Below are positions 1 through 10,269 of a DNA stretch of 64,000 bases, piece by piece. Position 1 is the stretch's first letter, and every line of letters starts with the position of its first letter. This DNA is from Escherichia coli (GTDB lineage: Bacteria; Pseudomonadota; Gammaproteobacteria; Enterobacterales; Enterobacteriaceae): the NCBI RefSeq assembly GCF_048403405.1, contig NZ_CP183129.1, one strand, 5' to 3'. A model generated the notes under the pieces. That model was not told where the DNA came from, ran no database searches, and saw only the letters and a list, made by a program, of their open reading frames with translations. Both the position numbers and the translations under genes were made by a program.

Positions 1-18
1 GAAGTGTGGTTTGCGGGT

Positions 19-1704
19 ATGTACGATTTTAATCTGGTGTTGCTGCTGCTTCAGCAGATGTGCGTTTTTTTAGTCATTGCGTGGTTAATGAGTAAAACGC
101 CATTATTCATACCGTTAATGCAGGTCACGGTTCGTCTGCCGCATAAATTTCTCTGCTACATCGTCTTTTCCATCTTCTGCATCATGGGCACCTGGTTTGG
201 GCTGCATATTGACGATTCTATTGCCAATACCCGTGCGATAGGCGCGGTAATGGGCGGCTTACTCGGCGGCCCGGTCGTCGGTGGGCTGGTTGGTCTGACC
301 GGCGGGTTACATCGATATTCGATGGGGGGCATGACCGCGCTAAGTTGCATGATCTCGACCATCGTTGAAGGATTGCTCGGCGGCCTGGTACACAGCATCC
401 TGATCCGTCGCGGGCGCACTGATAAAGTCTTTAACCCCATTACCGCCGGTGCCGTCACGTTCGTCGCTGAAATGGTGCAAATGCTGATCATCCTGGCGAT
501 CGCCCGACCTTATGAAGATGCGGTGCGTCTGGTGAGTAATATTGCTGCGCCAATGATGGTCACCAATACCGTCGGCGCGGCGCTGTTTATGCGTATATTG
601 CTCGATAAACGCGCGATGTTTGAAAAATACACTTCGGCTTTTTCTGCCACTGCGCTAAAAGTGGCTGCCTCGACGGAAGGCATTTTGCGCCAGGGGTTTA
701 ACGAAGTGAACAGCATGAAAGTGGCACAGGTGCTGTATCAGGAGCTGGATATTGGTGCAGTCGCGATTACCGATCGAGAGAAATTGCTGGCCTTTACCGG
801 AATTGGTGACGACCACCATTTACCCGGCAAACCGATTTCTTCGACTTATACCTTAAAAGCGATTGAAACCGGTGAAGTGGTCTACGCTGATGGCAACGAA
901 GTACCTTATCGTTGCTCTTTGCATCCGCAATGCAAACTGGGATCGACGCTGGTCATTCCGTTGCGTGGCGAAAATCAGCGGGTGATGGGCACCATCAAAT
1001 TGTATGAAGCCAAAAACCGTTTATTCAGTTCAATCAATCGCACGCTGGGTGAGGGGATTGCGCAACTACTTTCGGCGCAGATCCTTGCCGGGCAATATGA
1101 GCGGCAAAAAGCGATGCTCACCCAGTCAGAGATCAAACTGCTTCACGCTCAGGTGAACCCCCATTTTTTGTTTAATGCGCTTAACACCATTAAAGCGGTG
1201 ATCCGTCGCGACAGCGAACAGGCCAGCCAGCTGGTGCAGTATCTTTCCACTTTTTTCCGCAAAAACTTAAAGCGGCCTTCGGAGTTTGTTACTCTCGCCG
1301 ACGAAATTGAACATGTGAACGCTTATCTGCAAATTGAAAAGGCGCGCTTCCAGTCGCGGTTGCAGGTCAATATTGCTATTCCGCAAGAATTATCCCAGCA
1401 GCAATTGCCCGCGTTTACCCTGCAACCGATAGTGGAAAACGCCATTAAACATGGGACATCACAACTGCTGGATACAGGGCGAGTGGCAATCAGCGCCCGA
1501 CGTGAGGGGCAACATTTGATGCTGGAGATCGAAGACAATGCCGGTTTGTATCAACCGGTAACCAATGCCAGTGGGCTGGGGATGAATCTGGTGGATAAGC
1601 GTTTACGTGAACGGTTTGGCGATGACTATGGGATAAGCGTCGCCTGTGAGCCTGATAGTTACACCCGAATAACGTTACGACTACCATGGAGGGACGAGGC
1701 ATGA
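19..1704 (+). CDS. btsS: LytS-family sensor histidine kinase BtsS (YehU)
   Basis: ORF track 4..1704; ATG at 19 gives 561 aa. Hydrophobic multi-TM N-terminus, H-box [11 protein letters not shown]-box GLGMNLV. Stop overlaps the downstream response-regulator start (ATGA). Confidence 0.9.
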
Positions 1705-2420
1705 TTAAAGTCTTAATTGTCGATGATGAACCGCTTGCACGGGAGAACCTGCGCGTATTTTTGCAGGAGCAGAGCGATATTGAAATCGTTGGAGAGTGTT
1801 CAAACGCCGTAGAAGGGATCGGCGCGGTGCATAAACTGCGCCCGGATGTGCTGTTTCTCGATATCCAGATGCCGCGCATCAGTGGTCTGGAAATGGTGGG
1901 GATGCTCGACCCCGAACATCGACCGTATATCGTTTTTCTCACCGCGTTTGACGAATACGCTATTAAAGCCTTTGAAGAACATGCCTTTGACTATCTGCTG
2001 AAGCCAATTGATGAAGCGCGACTGGAGAAAACGCTGGCGCGTTTGCGTCAGGAACGCAGTAAGCAGGATGTTTCGCTGTTACCGGAAAATCAACAGGCGC
2101 TGAAATTTATCCCTTGTACGGGGCATAGTCGGATCTATTTGCTGCAAATGAAAGATGTGGCATTTGTCAGCAGTCGGATGAGCGGTGTCTACGTTACGAG
2201 TCACGAAGGGAAAGAGGGCTTTACCGAATTGACATTACGTACCCTGGAAAGTCGTACACCACTACTGCGCTGCCATCGTCAGTATCTGGTTAACCTCGCG
2301 CATTTACAGGAGATTCGTCTGGAAGATAACGGCCAGGCCGAGTTGATTTTGCGTAATGGCTTAACCGTGCCGGTCAGCCGCCGTTATCTGAAAAGCTTAA
2401 AAGAGGCGATTGGCCTGTAA
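1701..2420 (+). CDS. btsR: LytTR-family response regulator BtsR (YehT)
   Basis: ORF 1686..2420 trimmed to the ATG at 1701 ([16 protein letters not shown] receiver start); C-terminal LytTR-type region; translationally coupled to btsS. Confidence 0.9.
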
Positions 2421-2466
2421 AAGGCTGCTAAAATGGCTTTTTGCCTCATCAACACCTGAAGGCCTC

Positions 2467-2937
2467 ATGCTAAGTAACGATATTCTGCGCAGCGTGCGCT
2501 ACATTTTGAAAGCCAATAATAATGACCTGGTGCGTATTCTGGCGCTGGGTAATGTCGAAGCCACCGCGGAACAGATCGCCGTCTGGCTACGTAAAGAAGA
2601 CGAAGAGGGTTTTCAGCGTTGTCCGGACATTGTTTTGTCGTCATTCCTCAATGGCCTGATTTATGAAAAACGCGGCAAGGATGAGTCTGCTCCGGCACTG
2701 GAGCCGGAACGTCGCATTAATAACAACATCGTGCTGAAAAAATTACGCATCGCGTTTTCGCTGAAAACCGATGATATTCTGGCGATCCTCACCGAACAGC
2801 AGTTCCGCGTTTCGATGCCGGAAATTACGGCGATGATGCGTGCACCGGATCATAAAAACTTCCGCGAATGCGGCGATCAATTTTTACGTTATTTTCTGCG
2901 TGGACTGGCAGCGCGCCAGCATGTGAAGAAAAGCTAA
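2467..2937 (+). CDS. yehS: DUF1456-family protein YehS
   Basis: ORF 2410..2937 trimmed to the internal ATG at 2467 (MLSNDILRSVRYIL...), matching the recalled 156-aa YehS; synteny after btsR. Confidence 0.8.
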   Translation: MLSNDILRSVRYILKANNNDLVRILALGNVEATAEQIAVWLRKEDEEGFQRCPDIVLSSFLNGLIYEKRGKDESAPALEPERRINNNIVLKKLRIAFSLKTDDILAILTEQQFRVSMPEITAMMRAPDHKNFRECGDQFLRYFLRGLAARQHVKKS

Positions 2938-2946
2938 GACGGGTAT

Positions 2947-2972
2947 GGCGGCCATGCAAAAACATGGCCGCC
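2947..2972. terminator. bidirectional hairpin between convergent yehS and yehR
   Basis: Perfect 10-bp inverted repeat ggcggccatg / catggccgcc (2947-2956 and 2963-2972) with a caaaaa loop, lying between the two converging stop codons. Confidence 0.6.
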
Positions 2973-2978
2973 GACAGA

Positions 2979-3440
2979 TTATTTCACTTCTTTAAAACCA
3001 GCGGCTTTCATCACCAGTTCCATTTGCGCCATAGTGATACCTTTTTTGGCATCTTCAGCAGAAACGTTGATTCCTGAAATACCCTGCAGGGCTTTGAAAT
3101 CCACTTTTTCCATATCGATAGTCACGTTTTCCTGCGCGTAGGTATCGGTATAGGTTAATTTTTCTTCAACACCCGCGATGTTTTTGTATTTGGCGCTTAA
3201 CGGCTCAAGTGTCTTGGCAGCATCTTCTTTGGTGGTTGCACCAATGGAGGCAAATTGAATTTTGGTTTCAGAAGATTGCTTAAGCACCTTGTCACCTTTG
3301 TAGACATAGGTAATGGCAATTTCAGTACCGTTCAGATTGGCGCTGAATTTTTTCGATTCTTCTTTGTCACCGCAGCCAGCAAGAGAGAAAACCAGAACAG
3401 ATGCAACAACGAGGGAAAACAGCTTATTGAAAGCCTTCAT
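2979..3440 (-). CDS. yehR: lipoprotein YehR (DUF1307)
   Basis: ORF 2979..3452 trimmed to the ATG at 3440 (MKAFNKLFSLVVASVLVFSLAGC); signal peptide with lipobox LAGC. Confidence 0.8.
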   Translation of the reverse strand: MKAFNKLFSLVVASVLVFSLAGCGDKEESKKFSANLNGTEIAITYVYKGDKVLKQSSETKIQFASIGATTKEDAAKTLEPLSAKYKNIAGVEEKLTYTDTYAQENVTIDMEKVDFKALQGISGINVSAEDAKKGITMAQMELVMKAAGFKEVK

Positions 3441-3564
3441 GTAAAACTCCATTTTATTTAATCAAGAAACTGGTGACTCTCACCAGGGGCTATATAGGAT
3501 ATGCCTAATACCGTGGCGTGAGCAGTCCGGAACTGGAGTGGAACTCTTAGTAAAAAGCACTATT

Positions 3565-5565
3565 TCATCCTTGTTGCTGAAGCATGGGGAATAATTGTTC
3601 GCAAAGCAAAACACCGTTATTCATTGCTTCTACCCGTGCCTCGCTTTCTGTATTACGAAATTGTGCCAACACATGTGCCAGCCGATAAAAACCGACCGCG
3701 GTGAGGTCATTCGCCAGCAACTCTGCCTGACCAATAGCACTCTGTTCCTGATAGCGCCAGCCGTTATGGAGCAGTTGAATAAGTAACGCCTGGCAGCGCA
3801 TCAGCAACTGATGAGCGGTAGACGGCACAGGCAAAACGCTGGCAGAAGGTAGCGGTGCCACAGGCGCAGTTTCTGCGTCCAGCGCCCAGGCGCGGGTTTT
3901 TGTCATCATCACCCGTGGTTCCAGTGTCAATTGCCCCTCTACAAAGCTGACAAAGCCAGAAACCAGACTCACGGGGTCGTCTGTTTGTTGCAAAAGCGCC
4001 GCCATGCGTTCAACGGCATAAGGCGCGCTGGCTGAGGCTGGCAGTGATAACGTCAGCAGATTATCTTCACCTTCGCCGCTGATTACCTGCGCATCCAGCG
4101 TCTGGCGGCTGCTATCCCAACCGAGCGAAATACACTCAGCGACCGGCAGAATAAATAAGTTATCGACCTGATTAAGAGGCCGTATGCAGGCGGGAGGACG
4201 CTGGCGTAAATATTCCCGCAAAGCCACAATGCCCGGCTGGCGCAATGGCGCGCTCAACATTTGCCAGGCATCAGGCGACAGCGGCACAACGCTGCTTAAG
4301 CGGTTGCGGGTAGCTAACAGCAGCTCGCCATCGGCACTGCGTTTTGCTGCTTGTGAAACAATTTGCCCGCCCGCCAGTGCGCCAGCCTGAAAACTAAACA
4401 GCCGACGCGTAGCTGCCGGTGAGTTTTCCTGTTCACTTCGCGGCCAACTGCGCGAAAGGTGCAAAATACTGCCGGTGTCGGGATCGGTAAACCAGATGCG
4501 TAAACCATAATGCTCAATATCCTGCCAGCAACGCATACCTAAAGACACCAGCCGCAGATGATCAAGCTTTGCTTCTCCGGCAATGCCAGCGCCAACGACC
4601 GTGCGCCACGGCACAGGAGGAACTTCACCAACACTGTCGCGCCGGGTCATCTCTTGTGCGCAATTTAATCGACTGTTTAATGCCGCAAGCTGACGTAAGC
4701 ATTCTCCGGCATAATAGTGGCTGGCGCGGGCGTGGAAGGCATCAACGCTGGCGCGCAGTTGCCGTAGCGATTCACTCACCCATCGCCAGTTGCAGCGTTC
4801 CGCCGCCTGCTGCGCGCGGCTGAAAGCGGCCTCGTAGTGAATAAGCGGCTGGCTGATGCCGCTCAGCCATAATGCCTGGCTTAGTTGTTGAACATATTGA
4901 CGACACGTTTTGCCTTCTTCGCTGGCAAACGGATCGTCAGATGATGTGACGTGTTCGCTGCGCATCTGCCAGATTAAATGAGTCAATTCCGCTTGCTGCG
5001 CTTTTGCCTGGACAAAGGCCTGTACTGCCAGTACGACATGTTCGCAAAGTGTGCCTTCAATACAATCACAGCGTGCGAAGCGAATGCTGCTGCGGGAATA
5101 AAAACGTACATCGCTCATCGGTAAGCGGGCAGAGGGAATTTCGCCCGGCGTACAGAACAACTCAATGGTGATGCCTTTAGCGACCAGTGCCTGTGCGCGT
5201 TTGCGGGTGGCATCGGGCAGGGTAGCCAGTTCTTCCAGCCAGATTGCCGGATCCCACTCTTCTTCTTTTTCCGTAGGCTGGGTGGTGGCGCAAAGTCGCT
5301 GATAACTTAAAACCAGCATCACGCGATGGCGGCACATGCCGCTGGCCCCGCAGCTGCACTGAGCCTCTTTCAGTGCCTGACCGTTCGCCAGCTGGGTGCG
5401 GACACCGTCACTGAAGGTGGCGATTAAAGCGCCGTTCTCATGGCTGATCTCCGGGACGTTGCCATTTTCCAGTTCCTTAAGACTGCGCTTAACAAAACCG
5501 GCATTGCTTAACGCTGTCAGGGGCTGCGGTGTCAGTTCTAATAATTCCGGACGTAGTGAATTCAT
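3565..5565 (-). CDS. yehQ: SWIM zinc-finger protein YehQ
   Basis: ORF 3565..5589; start chosen at the ATG at 5565, which has a GGAGA SD and overlaps the yehP stop (ATGA). Two CxCx5CxH SWIM-like motifs (CSCGASGMCRH, CDCIEGTLCEH). Confidence 0.75.
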   Translation of the reverse strand: MNSLRPELLELTPQPLTALSNAGFVKRSLKELENGNVPEISHENGALIATFSDGVRTQLANGQALKEAQCSCGASGMCRHRVMLVLSYQRLCATTQPTEKEEEWDPAIWLEELATLPDATRKRAQALVAKGITIELFCTPGEIPSARLPMSDVRFYSRSSIRFARCDCIEGTLCEHVVLAVQAFVQAKAQQAELTHLIWQMRSEHVTSSDDPFASEEGKTCRQYVQQLSQALWLSGISQPLIHYEAAFSRAQQAAERCNWRWVSESLRQLRASVDAFHARASHYYAGECLRQLAALNSRLNCAQEMTRRDSVGEVPPVPWRTVVGAGIAGEAKLDHLRLVSLGMRCWQDIEHYGLRIWFTDPDTGSILHLSRSWPRSEQENSPAATRRLFSFQAGALAGGQIVSQAAKRSADGELLLATRNRLSSVVPLSPDAWQMLSAPLRQPGIVALREYLRQRPPACIRPLNQVDNLFILPVAECISLGWDSSRQTLDAQVISGEGEDNLLTLSLPASASAPYAVERMAALLQQTDDPVSLVSGFVSFVEGQLTLEPRVMMTKTRAWALDAETAPVAPLPSASVLPVPSTAHQLLMRCQALLIQLLHNGWRYQEQSAIGQAELLANDLTAVGFYRLAHVLAQFRNTESEARVEAMNNGVLLCEQLFPMLQQQG

Positions 5566-6698
5566 GACTGAAGATTCTCCGCAAGCCATGATGCCAGCTC
5601 GCCCGGTGTCATGGCGGCTATTTGTGCGCCGACATTAACCAGCGCCTGGGCCGTATCGTGGTCATAGCAAGGTGTTGCGGTGCTATCGAGCGCCGCCAGT
5701 CCCAGTACTTTGATGCCGCTCTGGACACACTTTTTCACCTGATGCGTCAGTAATGATGATGAACCCCCTTCATAAAAATCGCTCACGAGGATAATGACGC
5801 TTTTTGCTGTTTGTTCAATAAGTTGCCGACCATACTCTACGGCACTGGCGATATTGGTTCCGCCGCCTAATTGCACTTTCATTAATAACTCTACCGGATC
5901 GGCAACGTCGGCGGTGAGATCGACGACGCTGGTGTCAAACGCCACCAGATGGGTACGAATGCCGGGTAACTGCCATAAACAGGCCGCCATCACCGCAGAG
6001 TGGATCACCGAGTCAACCATCGATCCGCTTTGATCAACCAGTAAGACCAGTTGCCATTGATCGCTATGGCGCTTAATGCGGCTGTTAAAGCGGGGGGATT
6101 CGATATACAACTTGCCGTGTTGCGGATGCCAGTGTTGCAGGTTGGCACGCAGGGTACTTTTGAAATCGAAATTACGCGCCAGTGGAATAAATGAGCGGCG
6201 ACGGCGATCGCGGACACCAGAAAAAGCCTGGCGAACTTCCTTTGCCAGTCGCGCCATAATCTCTTCAACAACCTGGCGCACTATCCGGCGGGCGGCAGCC
6301 AGCACTTCGGGATTCATCAGATGTTTGGTGTGCAAAACGGCGCGTAGCAGGCTTTCAGAAGGCTGCATACGTTCCAGCACGTCGAGATTCGTCACCACAT
6401 CTTCAATGCCGTAGCGCAGTACGGCATCGCTTTCCAGCCGCTCAATCACCCGTTGCGGAAACAGTGTGTGAATACTGTTGATCCACTCAGGGGTGGTGAA
6501 ATTTGAGTCACCTAATCCACCGGAGCGTTCACCACGCTGGAGCCGTTCAGGATCGCGCCCATACAGCCACTCCAGCGCGTGGTCTATCTGCCGGGCGTTG
6601 TCATCCAGCCCACAAAGCGTCGTTTCTGCCGCTTCGCCAAGAATTAATCGCCAGCGTTGTAGCTCACGGGTGGTCAGAAGATCGTTCAGTTCAGACAT
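5562..6698 (-). CDS. yehP: von Willebrand factor A (VWA) domain protein YehP
   Basis: ORF 5562..6926 trimmed to the ATG at 6698 (MSELNDLLTT..., 378 aa). MIDAS-like motif DQSGSM; start overlaps the yehM stop by 8 nt. Confidence 0.85.
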   Translation of the reverse strand: MSELNDLLTTRELQRWRLILGEAAETTLCGLDDNARQIDHALEWLYGRDPERLQRGERSGGLGDSNFTTPEWINSIHTLFPQRVIERLESDAVLRYGIEDVVTNLDVLERMQPSESLLRAVLHTKHLMNPEVLAAARRIVRQVVEEIMARLAKEVRQAFSGVRDRRRRSFIPLARNFDFKSTLRANLQHWHPQHGKLYIESPRFNSRIKRHSDQWQLVLLVDQSGSMVDSVIHSAVMAACLWQLPGIRTHLVAFDTSVVDLTADVADPVELLMKVQLGGGTNIASAVEYGRQLIEQTAKSVIILVSDFYEGGSSSLLTHQVKKCVQSGIKVLGLAALDSTATPCYDHDTAQALVNVGAQIAAMTPGELASWLAENLQS

Positions 6699-8970
6699 GG
6701 AAAACTCCCCAGTGTTGCAGCGATGCCAGTGCCTGCTGTTCGAGTTGTTGATGATGTGCAATGGCTTGCGGTGGACAATGCAACGGCATTTGCAGCGCTG
6801 AAACGGGAAGCTGTGCGAGCTGGTAATGCTCAAGCACCTGATGCGCCAGCGTCCCGCGTTCTCGTGGTGGTAGCCAGGCCATCGCCGCGCGTAAATCGGG
6901 CAGGGCGTTAATAAAATCGTCGTCACTCAGTTGATTTAAATGACTACTGAAACCGGCGATAAATGCCGGCTGACAGGCCAGTTGATGGCGGGCCAGCGCC
7001 AGCAAACCGTGCAGCGCTTCGCCGGATTGTGCCGGGGATAATTGCGCCAGCATTGTCAGCGCCGCTTCGGCACTGGCGTTGGGATGTTCCAGACGCATCA
7101 GTGCGCCAAGAGCCGCGCCGCGATCCAGCGCCGGGGCATGAATCGCCTGACTGCGGCGCTCCAGTAAGGCTACCGCCGCAGAAAGCGAAACGCCGGGTAA
7201 ATTAACGCCGCTATGTAGATCGCGCAGGATATGGCAAAGCGTCTGCCAGCTATGCAGGTGAGCGTGAAACTCCTTTTCATCTGGTCTGCCGTTAGATTCA
7301 CACAGCCACAGCGTGCGATCGATAGCCGCGCATAACGTCGTTTGTAATATCTGCGCGCCTTGCATACCGCTAATTTCATCCAGCCGCCATAAGGCATATA
7401 GCACTTCCAGCGCCTGGCCCATTTCGGCAAATTGATTTTCCTGGGCGATTAATAATGTGAGTTGCTCCAATAATTGTTGACTGAAGGACGCCAGACCCGC
7501 TAACGCCGCCTGGCTAAGACATGTGGTGATGCAGCCGATTCCACCCGCGTCCAGCATATCGGCTTCTAATTTATGGCGTGCGGCTTCCTGGAGTGTTGCA
7601 CCAAAGCAGGCGGCCTCAATCAATGCCGCATGTTGGCTAAGCGGGCGGGTTAATTTCCAGCGTTCTTCACCGTTGCCTGCAAGTGTCAGTGTACTTCCCT
7701 GCTGGCGCACAACCCCTGGGATCTCCAGTATTACCAGCCGATGTAACACCTGACTTTGCGCCAGTCCATTGGAGTTAAAGCGATTTAAGGTAAGCTCCGC
7801 CGGAAGAGAGATTGCGGTACGTTCCAGTTCGCAGGTGACATCTTTTGGCAGAGGCGGTTGTGGCGTAGAAGGGGCAAGTTTACCGAATCCGTCACCCGCT
7901 AATGTGTCTATCAACGTTAGCAGAATCGGATCGGTATCGGGATGAATAACGCCGCGATAGCTCCACGGCAACGGCGCATTCAGGGCTTCTTTAATCAGCG
8001 ATCCTGCTATGGCATCCAGCCAGTCAGTGCGTAACGGTAGTGTATGACCGCGCAACTGTGCCAGTGCCATCGCATGCAGATGAGCGGCAGCCATATCCGC
8101 GGTCGAAGCAGGCAACTTGTGCTGGCGCAAACGGGTGAGAACCGTTTTTAGCAGTTGTTCTCCCGCCTGCTGTAAGCCCCACTGCCAGCACCAGTTTTGC
8201 CAGACCGGGGCAGGCATTCCTGAAAGGTATCCTGCCAGCACATCAAGGCGCTTTTCACTGTAGGGGGTGAGATAACAACCTGTAACGGCATCATCCAGTA
8301 AGAGCAATTCTGGCGTGTTAATTACCTGCAGACATTCGCGCCACATTTTTGCCAGTGCCGGAGCGTGCCAGCCACCGCAGACAACTAACACGTCGCCATT
8401 ATTTTGCTGCATCGCCCATCCAATCCAGCGGGCCATAAAGGCTTCGCGCTGACGATTGAGAGCATCTCCGGGGGAGTCGCCCCGCAGTTGGGCAAAATAG
8501 TGCGCAAGTGCAGAGGGTAATGCAGTTTGCTGGCTTTCATCTTCGAACAAGTGATCCCACAGGGTGTCGCTGTTATCCATGCGGGTGGCACGCAGCAGCA
8601 AGGTCTGGCTTTCCTCTTGCGTATCAGGCGAATCGTCCTCTTCTTCACTCTGCGCCCAGCAAGGCAAATCGATGAAGTAAGTTTGTGCCTGAATACGACG
8701 AGCGGCTTGTAGCGCCTGCCACTCCGGCGAAAATTCAGCAAATGGCGTCCAGGCACCACGCCCGGGGGCCGCACCGTCCTGATACTGGCAATAACTGTAA
8801 ATAGCTACCGGAAGCTGGTGAGCTAACAACAGTTCGTCTACCCGGTCATTAAAATCAGCCGGGCCTTCAATCAACACGTATCGTGGCCGCTGGCTTTCGA
8901 TTAACGATTTCACCAGCCGGGCGCAGGCCGGACTATGATGCCGGATGCCGACAATTAACGGCTCGCTCAT
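6691..8970 (-). CDS. yehM: uncharacterised protein YehM
   Basis: ORF 6691..9111 trimmed to the ATG at 8970 (MSEPLIVGIRHHS..., 759 aa); operon position between yehL and yehP. Confidence 0.8.
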   Translation of the reverse strand: MSEPLIVGIRHHSPACARLVKSLIESQRPRYVLIEGPADFNDRVDELLLAHQLPVAIYSYCQYQDGAAPGRGAWTPFAEFSPEWQALQAARRIQAQTYFIDLPCWAQSEEEDDSPDTQEESQTLLLRATRMDNSDTLWDHLFEDESQQTALPSALAHYFAQLRGDSPGDALNRQREAFMARWIGWAMQQNNGDVLVVCGGWHAPALAKMWRECLQVINTPELLLLDDAVTGCYLTPYSEKRLDVLAGYLSGMPAPVWQNWCWQWGLQQAGEQLLKTVLTRLRQHKLPASTADMAAAHLHAMALAQLRGHTLPLRTDWLDAIAGSLIKEALNAPLPWSYRGVIHPDTDPILLTLIDTLAGDGFGKLAPSTPQPPLPKDVTCELERTAISLPAELTLNRFNSNGLAQSQVLHRLVILEIPGVVRQQGSTLTLAGNGEERWKLTRPLSQHAALIEAACFGATLQEAARHKLEADMLDAGGIGCITTCLSQAALAGLASFSQQLLEQLTLLIAQENQFAEMGQALEVLYALWRLDEISGMQGAQILQTTLCAAIDRTLWLCESNGRPDEKEFHAHLHSWQTLCHILRDLHSGVNLPGVSLSAAVALLERRSQAIHAPALDRGAALGALMRLEHPNASAEAALTMLAQLSPAQSGEALHGLLALARHQLACQPAFIAGFSSHLNQLSDDDFINALPDLRAAMAWLPPRERGTLAHQVLEHYQLAQLPVSALQMPLHCPPQAIAHHQQLEQQALASLQHWGVFHV

Positions 8971-8980
8971 GCATCTTTCC

Positions 8981-10069
8981 TCACGGCAGGCGGTGGCGAG
9001 CTTGATAATAAGCCTGCCAGTGAGCTTCTTTATGTGTGGCGACGCGCTGTTCGAAGTAACGGCGCAGACGCGCGCGATCTTCTTCGTTATCTTTGACGAT
9101 GGTTCCGGCAATACAGTCCACCAGGTCGGCAGGCTCCCCCGCGCGATTCGCTAAAAACCAGGCGCGGACACCCACAGCATGGGCCACGTTAACGGCTTCA
9201 GCGGTGGACATAATCGCTGTCAGTGTATCCATTGACGTTTTCTTTTCGCCGTTGGCACGCAGATCGCGGAACGTGCGCACCAGTAATTCCAGTACCGCGT
9301 CAGGCACTTTATGCGGAATACCGCTATGGGCCAGCAAACGCGCCGAAGCACTGGCAACCAGTTCCAGCTCCTGGGCGAAATCCATAATCGGAAAGACAGT
9401 TTCAAAATCGAAGCGACGCTTTAGCGCAGCACTCATTTCATTGACGCCGCGATCGCGGGTATTGGCAGTGGCAATAATATTAAAGCCTTCCCGCGCATAG
9501 AGCTGACTGGCTTCACCAGTGAGTTCCGGCACCGTCATTACCCTGTCAGAAAGCATACCTAACAGACAGTCTTGTACTTCCAGCGGTGTACGCGTTATCT
9601 CTTCAAAACGGACGATTTTGCCGTCGCGCATTCCCTGGTAAAGCGGGGCAGGGACCAGCGCTTCCGTTGATGGACCATGATTGATAAGCAGAGCGTAGTT
9701 CCAGCCGTACTTGATTTGATCTTCGGTGGTAGATGCGCCGCCCTGGATGGTTAACCCGGCATCGCCGCTAATAGCGGTTGCCAGTAATTCAGACAGGAGA
9801 GATTTTGCGGTGCCAGGTTCCCCCACCAACATCAAACCGCGCCCGGTGGCAAGAGTGACTAACATACGTTCGACAGCGGAGGGACTAATCACCACTTTAC
9901 GGCTAATATTTTGCGCGCTATCGCCAAGGATAAAAGCACGGGCCGCAGGCAAACTTAACTGCCAACCGGGCGGGCAAGGTGCGTTATCATTTTGTTTTAA
10001 TTTTGCCAGTTCATCGGCGTATAACACAGCAGCAGGCGGACGCTGCAGATGATTATTCTGCGGTGACAT
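8981..10069 (-). CDS. yehL: MoxR-like AAA+ ATPase YehL
   Basis: ORF 8981..10135 trimmed to the ATG at 10069 (MSPQNNHLQ..., 362 aa). Walker A GEPGTAKS; Walker B-like IVRFEE. Confidence 0.85.
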   Translation of the reverse strand: MSPQNNHLQRPPAAVLYADELAKLKQNDNAPCPPGWQLSLPAARAFILGDSAQNISRKVVISPSAVERMLVTLATGRGLMLVGEPGTAKSLLSELLATAISGDAGLTIQGGASTTEDQIKYGWNYALLINHGPSTEALVPAPLYQGMRDGKIVRFEEITRTPLEVQDCLLGMLSDRVMTVPELTGEASQLYAREGFNIIATANTRDRGVNEMSAALKRRFDFETVFPIMDFAQELELVASASARLLAHSGIPHKVPDAVLELLVRTFRDLRANGEKKTSMDTLTAIMSTAEAVNVAHAVGVRAWFLANRAGEPADLVDCIAGTIVKDNEEDRARLRRYFEQRVATHKEAHWQAYYQARHRLP

Positions 10070-10180
10070 ATATTCATCCCTGAAATGTATTAATGAAATA
10101 AACGATATTTTACGCGCAATAAATGTTTGGCGCATTAGTTGTTTGAGCGAAAAATATCTGGAAAGCAGATCACAGTAAAT

Positions 10181-10204
10181 AAAAAAACCTGCTGGTGAGG
10201 CAGG
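10181..10204 (-). terminator. rho-independent terminator of the OrzO-like sRNA
   Basis: Hairpin cctgc-tggtgag-gcagg (10188-10204) flanked on the plus strand by aaaaaaa (10181-10187), i.e. a 7-U tract after the hairpin on the minus strand. Confidence 0.65.
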
Positions 10205-10263
10205 TTCTTTTATTTACTATTTTCAGGCCCAACACCGCAGCCTGTGCAACATCGTGTTCCAAC
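10181..10263 (-). ncRNA. orzO: OrzO-like antisense sRNA (type I antitoxin), divergent from the zorO-like toxin gene
   Basis: Minus-strand promoter TTGCAA (10293-10298), 17-nt spacer, TATAAT (10270-10275); roughly 85-nt transcript ending at the terminator. Its 5' region is the reverse complement (19/20) of a leader segment of the downstream toxin mRNA. Confidence 0.6.
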
Positions 10264-10269
10264 GAACGA

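Noticed and set aside
5565-5589. Longer N-terminal extensions offered by the ORF track (yehQ 5589, yehP 6926, yehM 9111, yehL 10135, rcnB 31970, fbaB 40114, mdtA 62906, yegP 51636)
   Set aside because: Extensions lack SD sequences, overlap upstream genes or include non-ATG starts; internal ATGs give SD spacing, translational coupling and lengths that match recalled homologues.
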